A DNA stretch of 64,000 nucleotides from assembly GCA_031429105.1 (NCBI GenBank), contig JANOYV010000090.1, positions 2,161-66,160 of the forward strand, given 5' to 3'. Numbering within the stretch: position 1 is the first letter of the stretch; each line of letters opens with the position of its first letter. The translations under genes and the position numbers were made by a program. Below, in pieces: positions 1 to 10,449 of this stretch. This stretch comes from Hyphomicrobiaceae bacterium. Lineage in GTDB: Bacteria > Pseudomonadota > Alphaproteobacteria > Rhizobiales > Hyphomicrobiaceae. The notes below the pieces were generated by a model. That model was not told the DNA's origin, did no database searches, and saw only the letters and a list, made by a program, of their open reading frames with translations.

Positions 1-914
1 GGGCCACCCGCAGCCCTGATCTGATCGGCATTCGTTGGGGCCAAGCGTGTGAGCCCGAGGCGGCTCGAAGCGACCAGATCGCCAATCAACGCCGTGATCA
101 TGCGGCGGCTGATGTCGTAGTGGCGGCGGCCAGCATCACCGTGTTGAACGTCCGGTCGGGTCACGGCGACGATGCGATCTGCCAGCGGAACCGCAGCCAG
201 ATCATCGATGGTAATCAACCCGGCTCTCAACCCATCGTCGATATCATGAGTTGCATAAGCGATGTCATCGGCCAAAGCGGCAACCTGCGCCTCGCCACTA
301 GGCCAATCGTCAACATGAAAGTCTTGCCATGTTTCAAGATCTTTGAGCACGCGCCTGCTTGGTGCGGCGCCTTGACCAGCCAGCGGTCCGTTATGCTTGA
401 TCAGGCCCTCAAGCGTCTCCCACGTCAAATTAAGGCCGTCGAAGTGGACGTATTTCCGTTCCAGTTTACTGACGACGCGTAGACTTTGCGCATTGTGGTC
501 AAAGCCACCGTGGCGCCCATTCGCTGAATCAAGGGCACGTTCACCCGCGTGTCCGAACGGTGGGTGTCCCAAATCATGGGCCAAAGCAAGGGCCTCGGCC
601 AAATCCTCGTCCAGACAGAGCTGCCGGGCAACGGTACGCGCAATTTGGGCAACTTCGAGCGTATGGGTCAGGCGCGTGCGATAGTGGTCGCCCTCGTGGA
701 ACACGAAGATTTGCGTCTTGTGGGTCAAGCGCCGAAACGCCGTCGCATGAATAATCCGGTCGCGGTCTCGCTGAAAATCGGATCGCGTCGGGCATGGAGT
801 TTCGCTATGGCGGCGACCGCGCGTTACTTGCAGGGACGCAGCGTAGGGGGCAATTGCCCGCGCACCCGGTGCCAGTGCAGCCCCATAATCATGATGTAGG
901 TTAGCCGCGATCAA
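1..914 (-). CDS. dgt: dGTPase-like deoxynucleoside triphosphate triphosphohydrolase (HD domain); 3' end runs off the window
   Basis: From my own reverse-strand translation. It is absent from the ORF track because it has no in-window stop and probably starts at the TTG at 914-912. Sequence reads ..PYAASLQVTRGRRHSETPCPTRSDFQRDRDRIIHATAFRRLTHKTQIFVFHEGDHYRTRLTHTLEVAQIARTVARQL..ALAHDLGHPPFGHAGE..LIKHNGPL. These are the classic dGTPase/HD motifs. It is divergent from erpA. Confidence 0.8.
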   Translation of the reverse strand, partial: MIAANLHHDYGAALAPGARAIAPYAASLQVTRGRRHSETPCPTRSDFQRDRDRIIHATAFRRLTHKTQIFVFHEGDHYRTRLTHTLEVAQIARTVARQLCLDEDLAEALALAHDLGHPPFGHAGERALDSANGRHGGFDHNAQSLRVVSKLERKYVHFDGLNLTWETLEGLIKHNGPLAGQGAAPSRRVLKDLETWQDFHVDDWPSGEAQVAALADDIAYATHDIDDGLRAGLITIDDLAAVPLADRIVAVTRPDVQHGDAGRRHYDISRRMITALIGDLVASSRLGLTRLAPTNADQIRAAGG

Positions 915-1073
915 GGGTCCGCCTTGCGTCTGTCGTTCATGATGCGATCCAGGTTCAGAACCTGCCGCCTTGAAAATCAACCGCCGAGTGCCATCTCATG
1001 CTAGTGGTGTTGTAGGCTAATGCTACGGCCTACGCGCCACATGCGCCAAGCTGTAAGAAAGAGCAATCGGGAC

Positions 1074-1430
1074 ATGCAGACCGCCGACATCACCCCTACT
1101 CAGTCGCTCCCGGTTACCGTAACCGAGCGCGCGGCCTTACGGATTAATGAAATCGTGGCCGGTGAGCCATCCAACAAACTGCTGCGTGTCAGCGTTGAAG
1201 GCGGGGGGTGCTCGGGCTTTCAATACAAATTCGACTTGGTCGAGACCGCTGCACACGACGACCTCGTCATCGAACGCAATCGTGCTTGTGTCCTGGTAGA
1301 CCCGGTTTCGCTCGAATTCCTAGCCGGATCGGAGATCGATTTTGTGGATGATTTAATCGGTGCTGCGTTCAAGATCCGCAATCCCAACGCCACTGCCTCT
1401 TGCGGCTGCGGCACCAGCTTCACGGTGTAG
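1074..1430 (+). CDS. erpA: A-type iron-sulfur cluster insertion/carrier protein (HesB/IscA/ErpA family)
   Basis: ORF 1020-1430 carries ..LRVSVEGGGCSGFQYKFDL.. and the C-terminal ..NPNATASCGCGTSF signature. The ATG at 1074 gives a typical 118-aa product. Confidence 0.85.
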   Translation: MQTADITPTQSLPVTVTERAALRINEIVAGEPSNKLLRVSVEGGGCSGFQYKFDLVETAAHDDLVIERNRACVLVDPVSLEFLAGSEIDFVDDLIGAAFKIRNPNATASCGCGTSFTV

Positions 1431-1431
1431 T

Positions 1432-1779
1432 TTAGCGCACCGGCGCCACGGTGAAGACCGCGATCAATATGACAAGAAATAGCAGCGGGGCGGCTGCGAC
1501 GAGGATCGCCAGCGGCCTTTGCCCCTCGCGCCGAAGTAGGAATGCCGAAAGGGTCGCTATTATCGGCAAAATCCACAACACGGCGTAGGGATAGTCCAAC
1601 GCTTCGGGATGAGAGGGCACGATCTGCCCAGTGCCCCACCGCAAAGGGCCAGCGACGAGCGGGTAAAGGATCGACCAGCCCCAGAGGGTCAGACCAATGA
1701 AACACGCGTTCAGCGCCGACACGACGTAGAGTCGGCGGTCGAGTTGGTCTTCCTTTGCACTTGTTGACTCGCTGCCCAT
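1432..1779 (-). CDS. hypothetical small integral membrane protein
   Basis: 115-aa ORF with about three hydrophobic helices. No family recognised. It is convergent with erpA with a 1-nt gap. Confidence 0.5.
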   Translation of the reverse strand: MGSESTSAKEDQLDRRLYVVSALNACFIGLTLWGWSILYPLVAGPLRWGTGQIVPSHPEALDYPYAVLWILPIIATLSAFLLRREGQRPLAILVAAAPLLFLVILIAVFTVAPVR

Positions 1780-1897
1780 CGCACGACCGACCTGCTGTGA
1801 CTACTCACAGATAAATATCGCGGGTTACAATAGACGAAGTGTATTTGTTCTTTCTTGAGGCATCGCCTAAAATACCGTGCAAATTGCGGGAACGTTC

Positions 1898-2680
1898 ATG
1901 AAAATAGCGACTTGGAACATCAATGGCGTCAAAGCGCGGATTGAAACGCTGCTGACTTGGCTCGCTGAAACGAAACCCGATGTTGTCTGCCTCCAGGAAA
2001 TCAAGAGTGTCGATGAGGGGTTCCCGACTGATGCAATTGAGGCCGCAGGCTATAACGTCGCGGTGCACGGCCAAAAGGGATTCAATGGCGTGGCAATCCT
2101 GTCGCGGACACGGCTCGAAGATGTGACGCGCGGTCTTCCCGGCGACCCATCCGACGAGCAGGCCCGTTATATCGAGGCGAGCGTCAGCGCGGGGGCGAGG
2201 TCAATTCGGGTAGGTGGGCTGTATCTGCCGAATGGAAACCCGCTGGGAACGGACAAATTCACCTATAAATTGGCCTGGATGACGCGGCTCGAGGCCCATG
2301 CTCGCGATTTGATCCAATCCGAGCAGACCTTTGTACTGGCAGGCGATTACAACATCATCCCTGAGCCCACCGACGCGAAATTTCCAGCCAAGTGGACCGG
2401 CGATGCGCTCTATCAGCCAGAAAGCCGGGCCGTGTTTCGACGCCTGCATGCGCTGGGACTGACCGATGCGGTGCGAAGTTGCCACCCAGGTTCCGGCGTC
2501 TACACGTTCTGGGACTATCAAGCCGGGGCTTGGCAGAAGGACGAAGGGATCCGCATCGACCACCTGCTACTATCACCGCAGGCAGCTGACCTGATGTCAG
2601 GCGTCGGCATTGATAAGTTTGCGCGTGGCTGGGAAAAGCCGTCCGACCACGTGCCGGTCTGGGTTACGCTGGATGTGTGA
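1898..2680 (+). CDS. xthA: exodeoxyribonuclease III (AP endonuclease)
   Basis: Motifs MKIATWNINGV.., ..VVCLQEIK.., ..LAGDYNI.., ..RIDHLLLS.., ..PSDHVPVWV. The start was moved from 1877 to the ATG at 1898, which gives the canonical N-terminus. Confidence 0.9.
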   Translation: MKIATWNINGVKARIETLLTWLAETKPDVVCLQEIKSVDEGFPTDAIEAAGYNVAVHGQKGFNGVAILSRTRLEDVTRGLPGDPSDEQARYIEASVSAGARSIRVGGLYLPNGNPLGTDKFTYKLAWMTRLEAHARDLIQSEQTFVLAGDYNIIPEPTDAKFPAKWTGDALYQPESRAVFRRLHALGLTDAVRSCHPGSGVYTFWDYQAGAWQKDEGIRIDHLLLSPQAADLMSGVGIDKFARGWEKPSDHVPVWVTLDV

Positions 2681-2714
2681 GACGTTAGGCTACCTACTGA
2701 GCGTACGTCAGCGT

Positions 2715-3833
2715 TCAGCGTGGCGGTGGCAGCACCGACTGCCCAGTTTCGCGCAATCCGAAGCTACCCGAATTGCCTTGCACGAAGCCACTACCGATGT
2801 TGGCGCCTGGCATCGGTGCCGCAGCATAACCTGAATTCGGAATGACCGGTGTTTTGGTCGGCGATTCCACGACTAAGCCTCGCGATGAATCACCCCGATT
2901 GCCTGGCAACACCGCTTCACCATTGCTGCACGTGCGCTGGGTGCGTGGCTGGATCGGTGCCAGCCCGTCGCGAGCAACACGATCTTCGCGTGGTCGACCG
3001 TACTTATTGCGCCAATCTGCGACGGCACCTTGCGTCTGACGGCGCACACCTTCTCCAGCGCCGCAGAAGATGTTTTGATACTTGTCTTCAATCCAGACCC
3101 GCTCTGCGGCCGGCGCATTCTCTACTGCAAGTGTGATCAGCAGCAACGCCTGTGTTTTGTCCTTCTCGACGAATTGTCCACGCCAATAGAGGTCGGCGAG
3201 GAACGCCTGCGCGCTCGTGTGACCAAGTTGGGCGAGCTTACGCAGCCAGTAGATGGATTCACGCGGGTTGGCGGTGACACCCTCGCCGCCCTGCAACAAC
3301 AATTTCGCCAATTCATATTGGGCATCTTCATCGCGCAATGATTTTGCAGCACTCCGCAGCAGATTTGCAGTCTGCTCAAGATCGGGAGATACGCTGGCAG
3401 CTGGGATACCGGAGCGGTAATAATCGGCCAGCGCCACCATAGACTTCGCAACGAACGGCGCGCGCGGATCATCGTCGACGTCGACATCAACATAGTCGGT
3501 GACGATCGACTGATAAAGCTCGAACGCGCGACCATGGTCGGTATGGATCAGTGTGTTATCGGCATAGATTCCGGCCAGATAAAACTGGGCAAGAAACACG
3601 CCCTTTTCGGCCGCGTACTCAAACGGCTTAATCGCCAACTCAGGGTGTCCACTTTGCATGGCGCCGCGGCCGTGCTCGTAAGCGGCTTCCGGCGACGCGA
3701 ACGTCATACCCACCGGTGTTTTCGCACCGGCCGGGCTGTATTGTGCGCGTGCTTTATCACCACCTGACGCCAACATCAGCGTTGCGATGCTCGCACTCAG
3801 GAGTGAAGCGCGCACGAGCCGCGCGCACTTCAA
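2715..3833 (-). CDS. exported Sel1/TPR-repeat protein, ExoR-like, with a long low-complexity C-terminal tail
   Basis: ORF 2715-3893 has Sel1-like repeats (..AAEKGVFLAQFYLAGIYAD.., ..AQYELAKLLLQGGEGV..YWLRKLAQLGHTSAQAFLADLYWRG..). The TTG at 3833 gives the signal-peptide-like MKCARLVRASLLSASIATLMLA.. and removes the overlap with ilvD. Confidence 0.6.
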   Translation of the reverse strand: MKCARLVRASLLSASIATLMLASGGDKARAQYSPAGAKTPVGMTFASPEAAYEHGRGAMQSGHPELAIKPFEYAAEKGVFLAQFYLAGIYADNTLIHTDHGRAFELYQSIVTDYVDVDVDDDPRAPFVAKSMVALADYYRSGIPAASVSPDLEQTANLLRSAAKSLRDEDAQYELAKLLLQGGEGVTANPRESIYWLRKLAQLGHTSAQAFLADLYWRGQFVEKDKTQALLLITLAVENAPAAERVWIEDKYQNIFCGAGEGVRRQTQGAVADWRNKYGRPREDRVARDGLAPIQPRTQRTCSNGEAVLPGNRGDSSRGLVVESPTKTPVIPNSGYAAAPMPGANIGSGFVQGNSGSFGLRETGQSVLPPPR

Positions 3834-3849
3834 CCCGACAGGGGCGTGG

Positions 3850-5574
3850 TTATATGTCCGCGTAACAGACAACTTCAGCCTTTCCGCCAGCATGGGTCAC
3901 GGCACCTTTGACGGCCGGTCCAACCTGGTCTGCGTATTTGCGTAATGCGCCTGTTTGGTAATTGTTAGGCAGCGGCTGCCATGCTTTACGGCGGGCAGCC
4001 AACTCCGTGTCGGAAAGCTTAACGTCCAGGGTGCCTTTATCGGCATCAATGACGATGATATCGCCGTCCCTTAATAGTCCAATGGGCCCGCCAACAGCTG
4101 CTTCTGGGCCGACGTGGCCAATGCAGAAGCCCCGTGTTGCGCCGGAGAATCTGCCATCGGTAATAAGTGCGACCTTATCACCCATGCCGCGCCCATAGAG
4201 AGCCGCTGTGGTTGACAGCATTTCTCGCATGCCGGGTCCGCCTTTCGGCCCCTCGTAGCGGATGACGATGACTTCGCCTTCGAGAATCTTGTCGCTTTCG
4301 ACTGCGGCAAACGCGTCCTCTTCGCAGTCAAAGCAACGGGCTGGGCCAGTGAACTTGAGTTCCTTCATGCCAGCCACTTTTACGATCGCGCCGTCTGGCG
4401 CCAACGAGCCGCGCAAGCCGACGACGCCGCCCGTTGGCGACAGCGGGTTCGAGGTCGGGTACACAACTTTCTGATTGGTGTTGAACTTAACCCCCTTGAG
4501 GTTTTCAGCAATGGTCTTGCCGGTAACCGTGATGCAGTCGCCGTGGATGAAGCCACCGTCCATCAGTGCCTTCATGATTTGCTGGACGCCGCCGATATCG
4601 TGGACATCCTTGGCGACGTACTTTCCGCCTGGTTTCAGGTCCGCGATGTAGGGCGTCTTTTTAAAGATCTCGGCAACTGCGAACAGGTCGAAGTCGATGC
4701 CGCATTCGTGCGCCATTGCAGGCAGATGAAGTGCACCATTAGTCGAGCCACCAGTTGCCGCAATTATCGTTGCTGCATTCTCGAAGGCCTTGCGTGTTGC
4801 GATATCGCGTGGGCGAAGGCCTTCGGCGACCATACGCATCACGGCTTTGCCGCTTTCGACGGCCCAGTGATCGCGCGCGAGATCAGGTGCAGGTGCGCCA
4901 GCCGACCCCGGCAGCGCGAGGCCAATGGCTTCTGAGACGCAAGCCATCGTGTTGGCCGTGAATTGTCCACCACAGGCGCCAGCGCTCGGGCAGGCTACGC
5001 ACTCAAGTTCGTGTAGATCAGCGTCTGACATCTTGCCGGCAGAGTGCTGTCCGACGCCTTCGAACACATCGACGACGGTAACATCGCGCCCCTTGAACTT
5101 GCCGGGCAGGATCGAGCCGCCATACATGAATACTGCCGGCACATTGAGGCGCAGCATTGCCATCATCACGCCGGGTAGGGACTTGTCGCAACCAGCGATG
5201 CCAACCATCGCGTCATAGCTGTGGCCGCGCATGGTGAGCTCGATCGAGTCAGCGATGACTTCGCGACTAACGAGCGAAGACTTCATGCCCTGGTGGCCCA
5301 TGGCGATGCCGTCGGTCACGGTGATGGTGCAGAATTCACGCGGCGTGCCACCAGCTTCGTTCACGCCCTTCTTAGCGGACTGTGCCTGCCGCATCAGCGC
5401 AATATTGCAAGGCGCAGCCTCGTTCCAACAGGACACAACGCCAACAAACGGTCGATGGATCTGCTCCTCGGTCAACCCCATGGCATAGTAGTATGAGCGG
5501 TGCGGCGCACGTGACGGTCCCTCCGTCACGTGACGGCTTGGCAATTTGCTCTTGTCGAATTTGTTCGTCGTCAT
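3850..5574 (-). CDS. ilvD: dihydroxy-acid dehydratase
   Basis: 574 aa with IlvD/Edd motifs ..[16 protein letters not shown].., ..VTDGIAMGH.., ..GCDKSLPG.., ..[12 protein letters not shown].. Confidence 0.95.
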   Translation of the reverse strand: MTTNKFDKSKLPSRHVTEGPSRAPHRSYYYAMGLTEEQIHRPFVGVVSCWNEAAPCNIALMRQAQSAKKGVNEAGGTPREFCTITVTDGIAMGHQGMKSSLVSREVIADSIELTMRGHSYDAMVGIAGCDKSLPGVMMAMLRLNVPAVFMYGGSILPGKFKGRDVTVVDVFEGVGQHSAGKMSDADLHELECVACPSAGACGGQFTANTMACVSEAIGLALPGSAGAPAPDLARDHWAVESGKAVMRMVAEGLRPRDIATRKAFENAATIIAATGGSTNGALHLPAMAHECGIDFDLFAVAEIFKKTPYIADLKPGGKYVAKDVHDIGGVQQIMKALMDGGFIHGDCITVTGKTIAENLKGVKFNTNQKVVYPTSNPLSPTGGVVGLRGSLAPDGAIVKVAGMKELKFTGPARCFDCEEDAFAAVESDKILEGEVIVIRYEGPKGGPGMREMLSTTAALYGRGMGDKVALITDGRFSGATRGFCIGHVGPEAAVGGPIGLLRDGDIIVIDADKGTLDVKLSDTELAARRKAWQPLPNNYQTGALRKYADQVGPAVKGAVTHAGGKAEVVCYADI

Positions 5575-5668
5575 ATTTATCCCGCCTCCCGGCGTCCCTC
5601 TGAGTGAGTTGTGCGTCGGCCACTAAACGTCGCGCGCAACGTCACCCTAGAGTTGCCGAGCATGGCAC

Positions 5669-5866
5669 TCAATAGAGCTGACTTAGACATCCATTAATGC
5701 GAGCCCAATTGGCAATCGTCGCCCCAGGCTCAGCAATCGAGACTATTTTGTCGTCCAAGTTTGTGACCCAAAAGTGGCATGCTCGTTTCACTTTGTGGCG
5801 AATGTGCAACAACGCATAGGTGATCAATCCGGCTCTCTCCGGCTGCGAGAAACTTATTCTCTGCAA
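5669..5866 (-). CDS. hypothetical small protein (weak call)
   Basis: 65-aa ORF in a lower-GC spacer between ilvD and the DUF2939 gene. No recognisable motif and no clear SD. Confidence 0.2.
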   Translation of the reverse strand: MQRISFSQPERAGLITYALLHIRHKVKRACHFWVTNLDDKIVSIAEPGATIANWARINGCLSQLY

Positions 5867-5958
5867 TGTGGCGAGATGACCGCAATTTGCACTGAAACAG
5901 CCATCACGCCGTCAGATTTGTGGCATTAACCAAACTTCGGCTTGAGGAAAGGTCCGTT

Positions 5959-6576
5959 ATGGGTTTGCGCCGCATTTTGTTGAAATGTGTCCTCGTGGGG
6001 CTGGTCGCGGGTGCGTACATCGCTTCGCCGTTCGTATCGGCTTGGAACCTCCGAGAAGCGATCAAGCGCAATGATCCGGCCGCGATCGAAGCACGGGTGG
6101 AGTGGCCACGCGTGCGCGACAGCTTGCGCGCATCGCTCAGTGCCAACGCAGCCTTGTTTCCGGCAGCAAGCGCTGCTGGCGAACAGATCCAGCCCTCGAT
6201 GTGGCAGCGGATCAAGGGTGCCTTCGGCGCGACCATGTTGGATCGGTTCATTGAAACCTATGTGACGCCCGAAGGTTTGCCGAAATTATTCGATTATCGC
6301 CGGATGTGGCGCGAAACGGTCGCCAATGATTTATCCGAATCCGACGTCGGCACGCGCATGGAGCGGGTGCAGCGGTTTTGGGCACGGATCAAGCGCGCCG
6401 AATTCCAGACCCTCACGCGCGTCGAGATCGAGATGGAAGACAACAAGTCGCCAGACCGGCGTTTTGTCAGCGTGATGGAACTCGATGGAATGGGTTGGAA
6501 GCTCACGAGCCTGCGCGTCATTGCTGTTGACCCAGCGAAGCGCTTAGCCGAGCTCGAAGCCAAGCAAACCCGCTAA
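5959..6576 (+). CDS. DUF2939-like membrane-anchored protein
   Basis: ORF 5920-6576. The ATG at 5959 is preceded by GAGGAAAGG. It has an N-terminal TM helix followed by ..SPFVSAWNLREAIKRNDPAAIEARVEWPRVRDSL.., a pattern I associate with DUF2939. Confidence 0.55.
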   Translation: MGLRRILLKCVLVGLVAGAYIASPFVSAWNLREAIKRNDPAAIEARVEWPRVRDSLRASLSANAALFPAASAAGEQIQPSMWQRIKGAFGATMLDRFIETYVTPEGLPKLFDYRRMWRETVANDLSESDVGTRMERVQRFWARIKRAEFQTLTRVEIEMEDNKSPDRRFVSVMELDGMGWKLTSLRVIAVDPAKRLAELEAKQTR

Positions 6577-6586
6577 CGCCTGCTTC

Positions 6587-9274
6587 CTAATCTTCGATCC
6601 GTTTTAAGGCCGCTTCGAGTTTCTTGAGCGTTGCAGTGAATGCTTCGTGGCGCTCTCGCAGTTCTTCCACCACCGTTTCGGGCGCCTTCGCCATCAACTC
6701 GGCATTGCCAAGTTTCGCCATGACTTTGGCAAGTTCGTCCTGGGTCTTGGCCTGCTCTTTGGCGATTCGTGCGCGTTCGGCGCTCATATCGATGACGCCT
6801 TCGAGCGGCAACGCAACCGTTGCGTCTTCGAGCACGATTTGCGCGGATCCCTTTGGGGCAAGCTTGGCAAAGGAGATCTGGTCGAGCCGCGCCAATCGCT
6901 TAATCGTGTCTTCATGACGGATAACGCGATCTGCAACAGACTTTTCATCACCTAAGACCGTGAGACCGATTTTTGCAGCGGCTGGAACTTTCATCTCAGT
7001 GCGGACGGAACGCACTTCGCTGATCACCCGCACAACCCAGCCGATCTCGGCTTCGACCGCTGCATCAACAAGCCCGTCGAACGTCGGCCAGGCGCTGTGG
7101 CAAAGTAAACTCGCGCGCTTTTCGCCATGCTCGACCATGTGCGCCCACAGTTCCTCCGTAATGAAGGGCATGAAAGGGTGCAGAAGCTTCAGGATCTGGT
7201 CGAGCGTCCAAGCGACCATTGCCCGGGTCTCGGCCTTGGCCGTTTCATCATCGCCGATCAGCACCGGCTTGATCAGTTCAAGATACCAGTCGCAGAACTG
7301 GCCCCAGGTAAAATCATAGATGGCGCCGGCAGCCTCGTTGAATTTATAGGCCTCGATGCCAGCGGTGACGGCGGCCGCTGCCTTTTGCGTCTCGCCCGCG
7401 ATCCAACGGTTGATCGGCAGTTTAACGGAGGCCGGATCAAAACCCTTGACCCGCACGCACTCGTTCATTTCGGCAAAGCGCGAGGCGTTCCACAGCTTGG
7501 TTGCGAAGTTGCGATTGCTCTCGGCCGTCTTGAGTCCGAGCTTAGGATCGCGGCCTTGGGCTGCCAACAAGGCAAGCGTGAAACGCAAAGCGTCGGCACC
7601 ATAGACGTTGATGACGTCGAGCGGGTCGATGACGTTGCCGAGTGTCTTCGACATTTTGCGACCCTTCTCGTCGCGCACGAGACCATGCAGATAGACCTCG
7701 TGGAAAGGCACTTCGTCTTGCGTGAACAGCCCAGCCATCATCATACGGGCGACCCAGAAGAACAGGATGTCGAAGCCGGTGACGAGGGTGGCGTTGGGAT
7801 AGTACTTGGCAAGATCAGGTGATTGTTCCGGCCAACCCAGCGTCGAGAACGGCCACAGGGCGGATGAGAACCAGGTGTCGAGGACGTCAGGATCGCGCTT
7901 CAAGGGGACGGCTTTGCCCCACTTTATCAGCGCCTTACTCATGGCATCCGTTTCATTGCGGGCTACGTAGTAGTTGCCTTCGTGGTCATACCAGACCGGG
8001 ATCTGGTGGCCCCACCACAGTTGCCGCGAGATGCACCACGGCTCGATATTCTCCATCCAGCGGTAGAAATCCTGCTCGCGATTGAGCGGCATCATTTTTG
8101 TCTTACCGGTACGAACAGCCGTCATCGCGCGTTCAGCCAGCGGCTTGACGTTTACGTACCACTGATCAGTCAGATAGGGCTCGACCGGCACGGCCGATCG
8201 ATCGCCATGTGGCACGACATGCGTATGCGGTTCGATCTTTTCAACGAGGCCCAGCGCTTCGAGGTCGGCCACGATTTGCTTGCGTGCGATGATCCGGTCC
8301 AACCCGCGATAGGCAGCGGGTGCTGCATCGTTGATGCGGGCGAAGTCGTCAAAGATATTGATCTGCTCAAGATTATGGCGACGGCCAACCTCGAAGTCAT
8401 TGAAGTCGTGCGCCGGCGTGATCTTGACCGCACCAGAGCCCTTTTCGGGATCGGAATAGTCATCGCCGACAATTGGGATGTCGCGACCAACCAGCGGCAA
8501 CACGACGAATTTGCCGATCAGATGCTGATAGCGCTCGTCCTTTGGATTGACCGCAACGGCCGTATCGCCCAGCAGCGTCTCAGGCCGCGTCGTTGCAATG
8601 ACGATATAAGTCGCCGAGTCTTCCGGGTTGAAGGTCACGCCCTTCAACGGATAACGGAAGTGCCACAGGTGGCCCTTGATTTCCTTTTGCTCGACTTCGA
8701 GATCGGAGATCGCGGTCTGGAATTTTGGGTCCCAATTGACGAGCCGCTTGGCTTTGTAAATCAGCCCTGCCTCGTCAAGTTTGACGAAGAATTCTACAAC
8801 GGCCTTGGATAGACCCTCATCCATTGTGAACCGTTCACGGCTCCAGTCGCACGATGCACCAAGCCGCTTCAGCTGATTAACGATCGTGCCGCCGCTCTCG
8901 GCCTTCCACTCCCAGACTTTCGCAAGGAATTTTTCGCGGCCAAGATCCCGGCGTCCCGGCTGCTTATCAGCCGCCAACTTACGTTCGACGACCATTTGAG
9001 TCGCGATACCGGCGTGGTCGGTGCCCGGTTGCCAGAGCACATCGCGGCCACGCATCCGCTCGAACCGACACAGAATATCCTGCAGCGTATTGTTGAGTGC
9101 GTGCCCCATGTGAAGCGAACCTGTCACATTGGGCGGTGGGATCACGATACAGTAGGGCGCGTTTTTACCCCCGCTCTGGTTCGGCGCACGGCCGGCCTTA
9201 AATGCCTGCGCCTCTTCCCACGCCGCATGAATGCGCGCTTCGACGGCTGCTGGCTGATAGTGCTTGTCGAGCAT
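6587..9274 (-). CDS. valS: valine--tRNA ligase
   Basis: 895 aa with a class I HIGH-type motif (..PPNVTGSLHMGHAL..), a KMSKS motif (..GRKMSKTLGN..) and a C-terminal coiled coil. Confidence 0.97.
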   Translation of the reverse strand: MLDKHYQPAAVEARIHAAWEEAQAFKAGRAPNQSGGKNAPYCIVIPPPNVTGSLHMGHALNNTLQDILCRFERMRGRDVLWQPGTDHAGIATQMVVERKLAADKQPGRRDLGREKFLAKVWEWKAESGGTIVNQLKRLGASCDWSRERFTMDEGLSKAVVEFFVKLDEAGLIYKAKRLVNWDPKFQTAISDLEVEQKEIKGHLWHFRYPLKGVTFNPEDSATYIVIATTRPETLLGDTAVAVNPKDERYQHLIGKFVVLPLVGRDIPIVGDDYSDPEKGSGAVKITPAHDFNDFEVGRRHNLEQINIFDDFARINDAAPAAYRGLDRIIARKQIVADLEALGLVEKIEPHTHVVPHGDRSAVPVEPYLTDQWYVNVKPLAERAMTAVRTGKTKMMPLNREQDFYRWMENIEPWCISRQLWWGHQIPVWYDHEGNYYVARNETDAMSKALIKWGKAVPLKRDPDVLDTWFSSALWPFSTLGWPEQSPDLAKYYPNATLVTGFDILFFWVARMMMAGLFTQDEVPFHEVYLHGLVRDEKGRKMSKTLGNVIDPLDVINVYGADALRFTLALLAAQGRDPKLGLKTAESNRNFATKLWNASRFAEMNECVRVKGFDPASVKLPINRWIAGETQKAAAAVTAGIEAYKFNEAAGAIYDFTWGQFCDWYLELIKPVLIGDDETAKAETRAMVAWTLDQILKLLHPFMPFITEELWAHMVEHGEKRASLLCHSAWPTFDGLVDAAVEAEIGWVVRVISEVRSVRTEMKVPAAAKIGLTVLGDEKSVADRVIRHEDTIKRLARLDQISFAKLAPKGSAQIVLEDATVALPLEGVIDMSAERARIAKEQAKTQDELAKVMAKLGNAELMAKAPETVVEELRERHEAFTATLKKLEAALKRIED

Positions 9275-9384
9275 CTTGGAAAACCTGTTGCGGGCACAAA
9301 AAAGGGAGGTGCGGTCCTACGCCCCCCCTTCTAGTCATGTCAATGCACGGGCGCCACAAGCAGTGTCGGCGATCATTTGGACGC

Positions 9385-10449
9385 TTAACCGCCCAGGCGG
9401 TCCTGATGCGCACTCATTTCCTGGCGCAATGCCTTCTCGACCATTTCCGGCAGATGGCTATCGAGCCAGTCGCGGAGCATCGGCCGCAGCATTTCGACAA
9501 TCGCATCGTCGAGTGATTTGCGGCCGGTGCCTGAGTCACTCGATACCGCGGGTGCGACCGGTGCCGAAACAGCGAAGCCCATTGCCAAGGCCCCAAGTGC
9601 CGATTGGGCCGCAGCGACCGGATCACGCTCAAGATCGCCGACGACTGCATCATCCAACGGTGCAGTTGAAGCTGCGACAATCGAAGCACCGTTCAGTGCC
9701 GTTGCTGTTGGCGCGCTCGCGGTCGAAGTTGGAGCTGCCGGTTCAGCCACCGATGCACGACTTGGAGTTGGCACGCGAGCCGGTTCAACCGTACGGAATT
9801 CGGCCCCCATCGAAATTGGCGCCGGGCGTGGACTGGTCATACCTATAGATTCTGCGGTCGACGGGATAAACGCACCAAAATCTGACGTGGACTTGGAAGC
9901 GCTGGGTGCTGAAATTGCCGCCGGAGGTGCGGAAAATGCAGGAGCAAGCGATGGCATAGCGTTGGATGTTGATGTCGATTTCGAGCCAACTAGTGGGGTC
10001 GCAGACGTTACCGGCCCACGCTCAATCATGGGAGTTGGTTCAGGCTGAGCCGGACGGAATGTCGGTGGCGTAGCGGATGGTGACGCAACCGATGTCGAAC
10101 CGCCGAAGCTTGGCATTACAGGTGTCGGCGCCACGTCAACGAGGTCGGCCATGTCATCGTGGAACGAGGCCGTCGAAATTGAACTCACGGGCACCGCCGT
10201 TGGCGCCAACTCGCGAACGATATCGCTTAACCTGGTCGGTGAAGCCGATGGCGTCGCCGGGCGATGAGATTGCGCTGCCGATTTAGGAGATCCGCCGTCG
10301 GTAACCGAAGTCGCCGCAGCGATTGCCGGCCTAGCGGGGTCGCTAGCTTGAGCTGCGACTGGTTCTTCCGAAATGATTTTTCGGATCGAGGCAAGGATGT
10401 CTTCCATGCTCGGCTCAGCCATTTTTTCTTTGCTCTGCTGCATGCTCAT
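9385..10449 (-). CDS. popZ: PopZ-like polar organising protein (DUF2497)
   Basis: The N-terminus ..EPSMEDILASIRKIISEE.. and C-terminus ..LDDAIVEMLRPMLRDWLDSHLPEMVEKALRQE.. match the two conserved ends of Caulobacter PopZ. They are separated by a roughly 270-aa Pro/Ala/Ser/Thr-rich linker. The gene is adjacent to valS. Confidence 0.75.
   Translation of the reverse strand: MSMQQSKEKMAEPSMEDILASIRKIISEEPVAAQASDPARPAIAAATSVTDGGSPKSAAQSHRPATPSASPTRLSDIVRELAPTAVPVSSISTASFHDDMADLVDVAPTPVMPSFGGSTSVASPSATPPTFRPAQPEPTPMIERGPVTSATPLVGSKSTSTSNAMPSLAPAFSAPPAAISAPSASKSTSDFGAFIPSTAESIGMTSPRPAPISMGAEFRTVEPARVPTPSRASVAEPAAPTSTASAPTATALNGASIVAASTAPLDDAVVGDLERDPVAAAQSALGALAMGFAVSAPVAPAVSSDSGTGRKSLDDAIVEMLRPMLRDWLDSHLPEMVEKALRQEMSAHQDRLGG

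Noticed and set aside
120-899. Plus-strand ORFs 120-482, 397-684 and 549-899 from the ORF track
   Set aside because: They lie antisense to a clear dGTPase (HD-domain) reading frame on the minus strand and show no protein-like motifs. They are typical GC-rich shadow ORFs.
6624-9334. Many plus-strand ORFs inside valS (for example 7127-7822 and 7982-8812). Similar long antisense or out-of-frame ORFs occur inside ilvD, the TolC genes, opgH/opgD, speB (45797-46333) and the caspase gene (53630-54292).
   Set aside because: Each overlaps a gene with unmistakable family motifs. Their translations are Arg/Ala/Gly/Pro-rich low-information sequence expected from high-GC antisense frames.
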